From Gammaproteobacteria bacterium (GTDB lineage: Bacteria > Pseudomonadota > Gammaproteobacteria > Steroidobacterales > Rariloculaceae): 64,000 bases of DNA. Positions 45,483-53,257 of the stretch are shown here, piece after piece. The first letter of the stretch is position 1. The number at the start of each line of letters is the position of its first letter. The position numbers were made by a program, and so were the translations under genes. The stretch spans positions 1,042-65,041 of the forward strand of contig DASQOL010000057.1 in assembly GCA_035644475.1 (NCBI GenBank). The letters run 5' to 3'. Below the pieces are notes generated by a model that was given only the letters and a program-made list of their open reading frames with translations, was not told the origin of the DNA and ran no database searches.

Positions 45483-46991
45483 ATGACTCACACACTCTCT
45501 GCGCGGTCGGGATGGCTCGCTGGAGCCATTGGCGGCGCAGCTCTCATGCTCACCGTGATCGCGGTGGATTTCACCCCGCCGGCGCACTCGGCCGCGCCGC
45601 CCGCGGCGATGGCGACGGGCGGGTTCGCCGACGTCGTGGAAACCGTGAGCCCGGCCGTCGTGAACATCATGGTCGACAAGGTCGCCGACGCCGAGCCCAC
45701 GGCGTTTGGCGGGGATTTCGGCGGCGACAACGATAGCCAGCCGCGCGGCCGCAATGCGGACCCGCGCTCCCGCTCGCCGTTCGACGAGTTCTTCGGCCGC
45801 TTCTTCGACGCGCCGGGCCAGCAGTATCAAATGCCACAGCGCCGCGTCGAAGGGCAGGGCTCGGGATTCTTGATCGAGGCCGACGGTTACATCGTCACCA
45901 ACAATCACGTGATCGACGGGGCCGACAAGATCGTCGTTACCTTGCAAGACGGCAAGAAGCTCGACGCCAAGCTCATCGGCACCGACGCGAAGACCGACGT
46001 CGCGTTGATCAAGGTGGACGGCTCGTCGCTGCCGCACGTCGCGTTCGGCGATTCCGACCACGCGCGCGTCGGCGACTGGGTGCTCGCGATCGGCAACCCG
46101 TTCGGCCTGGGCGGCACCGCGAGCGCCGGCATCATCTCGGCGCGCGGCCGCGACATCCAGTCAGGCCCGTACGACGACTATCTGCAGATCGACGCGCCGA
46201 TCAACCCCGGCAACTCGGGCGGCCCCGTGTTCAACACGGCCGGTGAGGTCGTCGGCATCAACACGGCGATCTTCTCGCCGAACGGCGGCAACATCGGCAT
46301 CGGCTTCGCGATTCCGTCGAATCAGGCCAAGACCGTGGTCGCGGCGCTGAAGAGCAACGGCAGCGTGGAGCGCGGCTGGCTCGGCGTGCAGATCCAAAAT
46401 CTCGACGACGAGCTCGCGGCGTCGCTCGGCCTCGATCACGACAAGGGCGCGCTCGTCGCCGAAGTCTTGAGCGACGGCCCGGCGAAGAAGGGCGGCGTGC
46501 TCGCGGGCGACGTGATCACCAAGTTCAACGATCACGAGGTCGACTCTGCTCGCACGCTGTCGCGCGTGGTGGCGGACGCCAACCCGAACGACACCGCCCG
46601 CGTCACGGTGTGGCGCAACGGCAAGGCCCACGAGCTCAAGATCAAGCTCGGCGAGGCCTCGCGCGGCGAGCAGGTGGCGGCGAATCCGGCGGCGGACGTG
46701 GGCGGCCACTCGCTCGGCCTCCAGCTGCGGCCGCTCACGGATCAGGACAAGGCGCAGCTCGGCGTGCCCGCCGACGTCGAGGGCGCGCTCGTGGTCTCGG
46801 TCGCGCCCGATAGCGCGGCCGCGGACAAAGGCATGCGGCCCGGCGACGTCATCACTCAGGTGAACCACAAGAACGTCACGTCGGCGAGCGAAGCCGCGAC
46901 GGCGTTGAACGCAGCGAAGTCGGACAAGCGCGCGCTGTTGCTCGTGCGCCGCGGCGACTCGCAGCGGTTCGTGGCACTGAGCTTCTCTTGA
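45483..46991 (+). CDS. Do-family periplasmic serine endoprotease (DegP/DegQ-like, 2 PDZ)
   Basis: 502 aa. Catalytic motifs TNNHVI, TDVALIK and GNSGGPVF, followed by two PDZ-like segments. Confidence 0.9.
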   Translation: MTHTLSARSGWLAGAIGGAALMLTVIAVDFTPPAHSAAPPAAMATGGFADVVETVSPAVVNIMVDKVADAEPTAFGGDFGGDNDSQPRGRNADPRSRSPFDEFFGRFFDAPGQQYQMPQRRVEGQGSGFLIEADGYIVTNNHVIDGADKIVVTLQDGKKLDAKLIGTDAKTDVALIKVDGSSLPHVAFGDSDHARVGDWVLAIGNPFGLGGTASAGIISARGRDIQSGPYDDYLQIDAPINPGNSGGPVFNTAGEVVGINTAIFSPNGGNIGIGFAIPSNQAKTVVAALKSNGSVERGWLGVQIQNLDDELAASLGLDHDKGALVAEVLSDGPAKKGGVLAGDVITKFNDHEVDSARTLSRVVADANPNDTARVTVWRNGKAHELKIKLGEASRGEQVAANPAADVGGHSLGLQLRPLTDQDKAQLGVPADVEGALVVSVAPDSAAADKGMRPGDVITQVNHKNVTSASEAATALNAAKSDKRALLLVRRGDSQRFVALSFS

Positions 46992-47044
46992 TCTAGACGA
47001 GCAAGGCCGACCGGCGCGTCTTCGAGGGCGCGACGGAAGGGCAC

Positions 47045-47094
47045 AAGGGTCCCGGTCTCCTCCCACCCCCCCGAGGCCGGGACCCTTCTTTTTT
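47045..47094 (+). terminator. Rho-independent terminator of the protease gene
   Basis: AAGGGTCCCGG...CCGGGACCCTT with an 11-bp stem, followed by CTTTTTTG. Confidence 0.8.
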
Positions 47095-47135
47095 GCGCGA
47101 GCCGCGGACCATAATGCCGCGGCTTCGTCGTTCCT

Positions 47136-47173
47136 GGTGTCAGACACTAGGGTCAGACACGAGGGTCAGACAC
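47136..47173 (+). repeat. Three direct repeats of GKGTCAGACAC with a 13-bp period, just upstream of the dehydrogenase start
   Basis: GTGTCAGACAC 47137-47147, GGGTCAGACAC 47150-47160 and GGGTCAGACAC 47163-47173. The ATG is at 47195. The core is the same as the family C palindrome at 17983-18011. Confidence 0.7.
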
Positions 47174-47194
47174 GGATCGAGCGGGGGTGGGTCG

Positions 47195-49081
47195 ATGAGA
47201 GATCATTCGTCGCGCGGACGGCGCTCGCTCGCAAGCGCCTGCGCATCCATCTTCCTCGTCGTCGCCGCGCTGCTCGCCGCCACCGACGTGAGCGCGCAGC
47301 CGGTGCTCGAGCCCGGCGCGGCGGTCTACGCCAAGTATTGCGCGTCGTGCCACGACCAAGTCGGCGCGCGCATTCCCGCGCGCGACGCGCTCGCGCAGAT
47401 GTCGCCGGCGCGCATCCTGCGCACGCTCGACTTCGGGCTGATGATGAGCATCGCGTACCCGATCAAGCGCCCCGACCGCGAGGCCGTCGCCGCGTTCCTC
47501 GGCAAGGGGCGCGACGACGCCGCGCCGCCGCCGAGCGCGTTCTGCTCCAAGGACACGCGGATCATGTCCGGCGAGGCGCGCGCGAGCTGGCCGGGCTGGG
47601 GCCCGTCGCCGGACAACGCGCGCTATCAAACGGCCGAGCGCGCGGGCCTCGACGCCGCCCAAGTCGCGCGGCTCGAGCTCAAGTGGGCCTACGGTTTCGG
47701 TGGCGACATCGTCGCGTTCGGGGCGCCGACGGTCGTGAACGGCACGCTGTTCGTCGGCAGCGCCGGCGGCGCCGTGCAGGCGCTCGACGCGGCGACCGGC
47801 TGCCTGCACTGGCTCTATCAGGCGAACGGCCCGGTGCGCGCCGCGCCGACGATGGCGGAAGAGGGCGCGGACAAGACGCTGCTCTTCAGCGACCAGAACG
47901 GCGGCGTCTATGCCGTAAACGCCGCGACCGGCAAGCTCCGCTGGCAGACGCGGGTCGAGGAGCACGAGGCCACGCGCTTGACCGGTTCGTTCGCGGTCTA
48001 CCGCGACCTGGCGTTCGTGCCGGCCGCGTCGTGGGAGGAGACGCGCTCGAACGATCCCGCGTATCAGTGCTGCACGTTCCGCGGCAGCGTCACGGCGGTG
48101 CGCGTTCGCGACGGCTCGGTCGCGTGGAAAGCGTATCTCGTGGACACGCCGCGCGCGACGGGCCGCACCGCCGCCGGCACGCCGACGCACGGGCCGTCCG
48201 GCGCCGGCGTTTGGGCGACGCCCACCGTCGACGAGCGCCGCAACCTTCTATATATCACTACGGGCGACAACTACTCGAAGCCCGCAACGGCAACGAGCGA
48301 CGCGGTGGTGGCGCTCGACCTCGCCACCGGCCGCGTCGCGTGGTCGCAGCAGACCACCCCGAACGACGTCTGGAACGGGGCGTGCAACAGCGGCGGGCCG
48401 AACTGCCCGGACGGCAGCGGCCCCGACCACGACTTCGGCTCCTCGGCGATGCTGCTACGGGCGCCGAACGGTTCCGACGTGCTCGTGGCCGGCCAGAAGT
48501 CCGGCGTCGTCTACGCGCTCGATCCCGCGAACGGCGGCAAGCTGCTCTGGCAGGCGCGCGTCGGCAAGGGCGGCACGAACGGCGGCGTGCAGTGGGGCAT
48601 GGCGAGCGACGGCCGTAACGTCTACGCGGCGGTGTCGGACGTCGTGCGCTTGCAGAACGTGAGCGGGGCTGTGCCGGTCGGGTCGGCGCAGCTCGACCCG
48701 AAGGAAGGCGGCGGGCTCACCGCGCTCGACCTCGCGACCGGCCGCCGCGTCTGGTTCGCGCCGAGCACGCCGTGCGCTCCGCCGCGTCTCGGATGCAGCC
48801 CGGCGCAGCCGGCCGCCGTGACGGCGATTCCGGACGCGGTGTTCACGGGGTCGGTCGACGGCCATCTGCGCGCGTTCTCGACGGCGGACGGCAAGCTCGT
48901 CTGGGACTTCGACACGGCGCGCGACTACCGTACCGTCAACGGCGTGGCCGGCAAGGGCGGCTCGCTCGACGGCGCCGGCCCCGTGATCGTCGCCGGCATG
49001 GTGTTCGTCAACTCGGGCTACCCGCGCTTCGGCGGGCTGCCCGGCAACGTGCTCCTCGCTTTCGGCGTCCCCGGAAAATAG
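47195..49081 (+). CDS. Cytochrome c - PQQ beta-propeller dehydrogenase (polyvinyl-alcohol dehydrogenase-like architecture)
   Basis: An internal ATG at 47195 and a signal peptide. Heme site CASCH. PQQ-propeller repeats follow (GTLFVGSAGGAVQALDAATGCLHW, GGVYAVNAATGKLRWQ, GVVYALDPANGGKLLWQ). Confidence 0.8.
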   Translation: MRDHSSRGRRSLASACASIFLVVAALLAATDVSAQPVLEPGAAVYAKYCASCHDQVGARIPARDALAQMSPARILRTLDFGLMMSIAYPIKRPDREAVAAFLGKGRDDAAPPPSAFCSKDTRIMSGEARASWPGWGPSPDNARYQTAERAGLDAAQVARLELKWAYGFGGDIVAFGAPTVVNGTLFVGSAGGAVQALDAATGCLHWLYQANGPVRAAPTMAEEGADKTLLFSDQNGGVYAVNAATGKLRWQTRVEEHEATRLTGSFAVYRDLAFVPAASWEETRSNDPAYQCCTFRGSVTAVRVRDGSVAWKAYLVDTPRATGRTAAGTPTHGPSGAGVWATPTVDERRNLLYITTGDNYSKPATATSDAVVALDLATGRVAWSQQTTPNDVWNGACNSGGPNCPDGSGPDHDFGSSAMLLRAPNGSDVLVAGQKSGVVYALDPANGGKLLWQARVGKGGTNGGVQWGMASDGRNVYAAVSDVVRLQNVSGAVPVGSAQLDPKEGGGLTALDLATGRRVWFAPSTPCAPPRLGCSPAQPAAVTAIPDAVFTGSVDGHLRAFSTADGKLVWDFDTARDYRTVNGVAGKGGSLDGAGPVIVAGMVFVNSGYPRFGGLPGNVLLAFGVPGK

Positions 49082-49098
49082 GGACAGGTTACTTTTTC
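49073..49098. repeat. Family A half-element (left arm, variant ACAGGTTAC), copy A3L
   Basis: GGAAAATAGGGACAGGTTACTTTTTCG. It contains the TAG stop of the dehydrogenase gene. Its exact partner lies at 50199-50226. Confidence 0.75.
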
Positions 49099-49204
49099 GC
49101 GGCCGACCGCCATGGATGGCGGAAGTGCCGCGATTGCAGGAGCAAATCGCGGCCGACCGCCATGGATGGCGGAAGTGCCGCGATTGCAGGAGCAAATCGC
49201 GGCG
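49098..49204. repeat. Family B structured repeat, 2 tandem units of 50 bp (intergenic copy)
   Basis: CGCGGCCGACCGCCATGGATGGCGGAAGTGCCGCGATTGCAGGAGCAAAT occurs twice, followed by a partial CGCGGCG. It has the same two hairpins as the copy at 22630-22731. Confidence 0.9.
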
Positions 49205-49241
49205 TCGCGCGCACTCCGGCTCGCAGCGTAGACTTGCGCGC

Positions 49242-50090
49242 GTGAGAGCGTTCGTCGTCAAGTCGCTGAAGGATCCGCTGCTTCACTTCCTCGTGATCGG
49301 CATCGCCTTGTTCGCGGCGTCTGCGTGGCGCGGCCAATCGATCCGCGCGGGCCGCGAGCGCATCGTGGTCGGCGCCGAGCAGGTGGTGCAGGCCCGCGAC
49401 GCCGCGACGGCGCTCGAGGGCCGGGCGCTCACGAGGGACGAGCTCGCGGAGCTCATCGAGCCGACGGTCCGTGAAGAAGTGCTGTACCGCGAGGCGCTTG
49501 CGCTCCGGCTCGACGAAAACGACGACGAGGTGCGCCGCCGGCTCGTCGAGAAGATGCAATACCTCACGCAGGACCTCGCGGATCCGGAGGCGGCGTCGGA
49601 GGCCGAGCTCGAGGCGTTCTACGCCGCGCATCCCGAGCGGTTCGCGGTGCCGGAGCTGGTCACGTTCGAGCAGGTGTTCTTCGATCCGGGCAAGCGGGGC
49701 GCGGCGCTTCAGGCGGACGCGACTGCGGGGCTCGCGAAGCTCGCCGCCGGCGCCGCTCCGCGCGACGTCGGCGACCGCACCCCGCTGCGCGAGTCCTACG
49801 CGAACGCGCCGCGGGAGCAGGTGACGATACTGTTTGGCGGTGCGCTCGCCGATGCGGTCTTCAGCGTCGCGCCCGGCGCGTGGGTGGGGCCGTTCCGGTC
49901 GGACTTCGGCCTGCACGTCGTGCGGTTGAACGCGCGCACCGAGCGCACACAGCCGCCGTACCCCGAGATCCGCGACCGCGTCGCCGCGGAATTCGCCTCC
50001 GACCGGCGCCGCGCGCGCAACGATGCCGACTACGCGCGGATGCGCTCCCACTACGACGTGGTGATCGAGTGGCCCGCGGATGAAAAATAG
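49242..50090 (+). CDS. PpiC/parvulin-type peptidyl-prolyl isomerase family protein with an N-terminal TM
   Basis: GTG at 49242. TM LLHFLVIGIALFAASAW. Parvulin-like C-terminus GAWVGPFRSDFGLHVVRL. The stop TAG lies inside repeat A4. Confidence 0.75.
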   Translation: MRAFVVKSLKDPLLHFLVIGIALFAASAWRGQSIRAGRERIVVGAEQVVQARDAATALEGRALTRDELAELIEPTVREEVLYREALALRLDENDDEVRRRLVEKMQYLTQDLADPEAASEAELEAFYAAHPERFAVPELVTFEQVFFDPGKRGAALQADATAGLAKLAAGAAPRDVGDRTPLRESYANAPREQVTILFGGALADAVFSVAPGAWVGPFRSDFGLHVVRLNARTERTQPPYPEIRDRVAAEFASDRRRARNDADYARMRSHYDVVIEWPADEK

Positions 50091-50196
50091 GGACATGTTG
50101 CCTTTTCGGCGGCCGCTTTCTCGGCGCAGCGGTGCCGATGTGACACACCGGCACCGAAACGGCAGCCCCCGAAAAGGCAACATGTCCCCATTTTTC
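50082..50196. repeat. Family A palindromic element, copy A4, with an inner hairpin
   Basis: The arms GAAAAATAGGGACATGTTGCCTTTTCGGCGG and CCCCCGAAAAGGCAACATGTCCCCATTTTTC match at 29 of 31 positions. The 53-nt spacer contains GGTGCCG-N11-CGGCACC. Confidence 0.9.
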
Positions 50197-51213
50197 TTCC
50201 GGAAAAGTAACCTGTCCCTATTTTTCATCACGCTGCTGGTGGCGGGGAGCGCGTGTGCGCATCGGCTGAGCCCCGCGTTCTTCGGTGTCACGGAGACGGC
50301 GCAAGACATCTACGACGTACAGTGGAAAGTGTCGATCTCCGGCGGCCTTGCCGCCGCGCTCGAGCCGAAGGTCCCGGACGGCTGCACGCTCAGCGGGGTG
50401 CGCAGCTACGTGGTGGGCGAGGACGTGCGCTTCCAGCATGCCGCCATGTCATGTCCCGGCGGCCTGGGCGGCCGCGAGCTCGTCATCGACGGTTTGGCGC
50501 AGACGCAGACCGACGTACTGGTGCGCGTCGACTATCTCGACGGTACTGCCACGAACGAGCGGCTCACGCCGTCCGCTCCGAGCGTCGTGATCCCGGAGCG
50601 GCCGAGCGCGTTCGAGGTGGTGCGCACCTACACCGCGCTCGGCGTCGAGCACATCCTGCTCGGCGTCGACCACCTGCTGTTCGTGCTGGCGCTGCTGCTG
50701 CTCGTGCGCGGCGTGGGCCGGCTCGTCGCAACGGTCACCGCCTTCACGGTTGCGCACAGCGTCACGCTCGCCGCCGCGACGCTCGGCTTTGTGCACGTGC
50801 CGCCGGCGCCGGTGGAAGCCGTGATCGCGCTCAGCATCCTGTTTCTCGCGTCGGAGCTCGCGCGCCGGCGGCTCGCGGCGCCCGGCGCTGCGGCCGACGC
50901 GGCCGCCGATCTCACCGCGCGCTTTCCTTGGATCGTGGCGTTCTCGTTCGGCCTGCTGCACGGGTTCGGCTTCGCCGGCGCGCTGTCCGAGGTCGGTGTG
51001 CCGGCGCGCGCGGTGCCGCTGGCGCTCTTGTTCTTCAATGTTGGCGTCGAGATCGGCCAGGTCGCGTTCATCGCCGCGGTGCTCGCGGCCGGCTGGCTGA
51101 TCCGCCGCGCGGCGGCCGCGCCGCCCGTCTGGTGGCCGCGAGCGGCCGCCTACGGCATCGGCTCGGTCGCGGCGTTCTGGGTCGTCGAGCGCACGCTCGC
51201 CGTCTTCGCGTAG
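50182..51213 (+). CDS. HupE/UreJ-family metal (Ni/Co) transporter protein
   Basis: Motifs GVEHILLGVDHLLFVLAL and GLLHGFGFAG. The ATG at 50182 gives the signal peptide MSPFFFRKSNLSLFFITLLVAGSACA|H. This start lies inside repeat A4, so it is uncertain. Confidence 0.75.
   Translation: MSPFFFRKSNLSLFFITLLVAGSACAHRLSPAFFGVTETAQDIYDVQWKVSISGGLAAALEPKVPDGCTLSGVRSYVVGEDVRFQHAAMSCPGGLGGRELVIDGLAQTQTDVLVRVDYLDGTATNERLTPSAPSVVIPERPSAFEVVRTYTALGVEHILLGVDHLLFVLALLLLVRGVGRLVATVTAFTVAHSVTLAAATLGFVHVPPAPVEAVIALSILFLASELARRRLAAPGAAADAAADLTARFPWIVAFSFGLLHGFGFAGALSEVGVPARAVPLALLFFNVGVEIGQVAFIAAVLAAGWLIRRAAAAPPVWWPRAAAYGIGSVAAFWVVERTLAVFA
50199..50226. repeat. Family A half-element (right arm, variant GTAACCTGT), copy A3R
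   Basis: CCGGAAAAGTAACCTGTCCCTATTTTTC. It is the reverse complement of 49075-49097 over the ATAGGGACAGGTTACTTTT core. Confidence 0.75.
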
Positions 51214-51225
51214 TAGGCTCTCATC

Positions 51226-52254
51226 ATGACGGAACGATTGTTGACCGCGGTCGTCGGGAGCTACCCGCAGCCGGATTGGCTCATCGACCGCGCCATGCTC
51301 ACCAAGATGATGGCGCCGCGCGTGCGCGTGCAGCAGGTGTGGCGGATCCCCGAGGAGCGGCTCGAGGCGGCGCAGGACGACGCGACGATCGTCGCGATCC
51401 GTGAGCAGGAGCGCGCCGGCGTCGACATCATCACCGACGGCGAGATCCGCCGCGAGAGCTACTCGAACAGGTTCGCCAACGCGCTCGACGGCATCGACCG
51501 CGAGCGCGTCGGCGAGATCGTCGGCCGCACGGGCGCGAAGATTCCGGTGCCGATCGTGTCGGGGCCGATCCGGCGGCGGGCGCCGATCGAGGTGCGCGAC
51601 GTCGAGTTCCTGCGCGCCAACACCAACCGCAAGATCAAAATCACGCTGCCCGGCCCGTTCACGATGACGCAGCAGGTGGTGGACGAGCACTACCGCGACG
51701 AGGAAGCGCTGGCGCTCGCGTACGCCGACGCCGTGAACCAAGAGGTTCGCGATCTTTTCGCCGCCGGTGCCGACGTGGTGCAGCTCGACGAGCCGTGGCT
51801 CCAGGCGCGCGCGGAGAACGCGCGCCGGTACGGCATCAAGGCGATCGACCGCGCGCTCGCGGGTGTCACCGGCACGACGGCGCTGCACCTGTGCTTCGGC
51901 TATGCCGCGCTCGTCAAGAGCAAGCCCGCGAGCGGCTATTCGTTCTTGGAGGAGCTCGAGCAGTGCGCGGCGCAGCAGATCTCGATCGAAGCCGCGCAGC
52001 CGCGTCTCGACCTCTCCATCTTGAAGGCGTTGCCGTCGAAAACAGTGCTGGTCGGCGTGCTCGACTTGGACGACCGCAACGTCGAGACGCCGCAGCAGGT
52101 GGCCGCGCGGATCCGCGCGGCGCTCGAGGTGCTGCCGCCCGAGCGCCTGATCGCGACGCCCGATTGCGGCATGAAGTACCTGCCGCGCGCCGTCGCGTTC
52201 GGCAAGCTCGCGGCGCTCGCGGCCGGCGCCGCGATCGTACGCGCGGAGCTCTGA
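51226..52254 (+). CDS. Cobalamin-independent methionine synthase family protein (MetE C-terminal-like, Meth_synt_2)
   Basis: 342 aa. Motifs GSYPQP, DIITDGEIRRESY, VVQLDEP, HLCFGY and PDCGMK (zinc ligands). Confidence 0.85.
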   Translation: MTERLLTAVVGSYPQPDWLIDRAMLTKMMAPRVRVQQVWRIPEERLEAAQDDATIVAIREQERAGVDIITDGEIRRESYSNRFANALDGIDRERVGEIVGRTGAKIPVPIVSGPIRRRAPIEVRDVEFLRANTNRKIKITLPGPFTMTQQVVDEHYRDEEALALAYADAVNQEVRDLFAAGADVVQLDEPWLQARAENARRYGIKAIDRALAGVTGTTALHLCFGYAALVKSKPASGYSFLEELEQCAAQQISIEAAQPRLDLSILKALPSKTVLVGVLDLDDRNVETPQQVAARIRAALEVLPPERLIATPDCGMKYLPRAVAFGKLAALAAGAAIVRAEL

Positions 52255-52258
52255 GCTC

Positions 52259-53251
52259 GTGCCCGCGCGAGCCGTGAAGCGACGCCGCACGCCGCCGGAG
52301 GCCGCGGCGGCGCGGAGCCGCCTGCGCGGCGCGGCCAAACGCTGGTCGCTCGCGGTCCACGGCGGCGCCGGCGCGGCGCGCGACGACGGTCTCGACGCGC
52401 GGCGTGCCGAAGCGATCCGCGCCGCGCTCGCCGACGTGCTCGCGGCCGGCGCGGCCATGCTCGCGGCGGGCGCCGCGGGCCTCGACGTGGTCGAAGACGC
52501 GGTGCGCCGGCTCGAGGACTCGCCGCTCTTCAACGCCGGCAAGGGCGCGGTGTTCAACGCGCACGGCGAGCACGAGCTCGACGCGTCGATCATGGACGGC
52601 AAGGATCTGCGCGCCGGCGCGGTCGCGAACGTGCGCGGCATCAAGAACCCGGTCGCGCTCGCACGCTTGATCATGGAGCGCTCGCCGCACGTGCTGCTCC
52701 AGGGCGCGGGCGCGCAGGCGTTCGCTATCTCCCAGGGTATGGGGCTCGTCGGCCCCGACTACTTCTGGACCGAGGAGCGCTGGAGCGCGTTCAAGGAGGC
52801 GCGACTGCACAGCGGCTCGCGCCAAACGCGCGACTTGGGCACCGTCGGCGCCGTGGCGCTCGACAGCACCGGCGACCTCGCGGCCGCGACGTCCACCGGC
52901 GGCGTCACCAACAAGCTGCCGGGCCGCGTCGGCGACTCCGCGGTGATCGGCGCGGGAACCTATGCGAGCAACGCGTCGTGCGCGGTATCGTGCACGGGGC
53001 AGGGCGAGCACTTCATCCGCGCCACCGTGGCGCGCGACATCTGCGCGCTCGTCGAGTACGCGAAGCTCGACGCGCGCACGGCGGCCCACACCGTCATCGA
53101 GCGGCGGCTGGCGCAAATCGGCGGCAAGGGCGGAGTGATCGTCGCGGCGAACGACGGCGTCGTCGCGTGCGTGTTCAACACCGAGCTCATGTACCGCGGC
53201 TTCGTGACCCACGACACGCCCGCGCGCACCGCGATCGCCGCGGAAAGCTGA
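52259..53251 (+). CDS. Isoaspartyl peptidase / L-asparaginase (Ntn hydrolase)
   Basis: GTG start. Motifs LAVHGGAG, NAGKGAVF, the autoprocessing site DLGTVGAVALD, and GAGTYA. Confidence 0.9.
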   Translation: MPARAVKRRRTPPEAAAARSRLRGAAKRWSLAVHGGAGAARDDGLDARRAEAIRAALADVLAAGAAMLAAGAAGLDVVEDAVRRLEDSPLFNAGKGAVFNAHGEHELDASIMDGKDLRAGAVANVRGIKNPVALARLIMERSPHVLLQGAGAQAFAISQGMGLVGPDYFWTEERWSAFKEARLHSGSRQTRDLGTVGAVALDSTGDLAAATSTGGVTNKLPGRVGDSAVIGAGTYASNASCAVSCTGQGEHFIRATVARDICALVEYAKLDARTAAHTVIERRLAQIGGKGGVIVAANDGVVACVFNTELMYRGFVTHDTPARTAIAAES

Positions 53252-53257
53252 CGTCTC

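Noticed and set aside
49098-49204. A CRISPR array, considered because of the tandem structured repeats here and at 22630..22731.
   Set aside because: There are only two directly abutting units with no spacers, and no cas genes. One copy lies inside a CDS.
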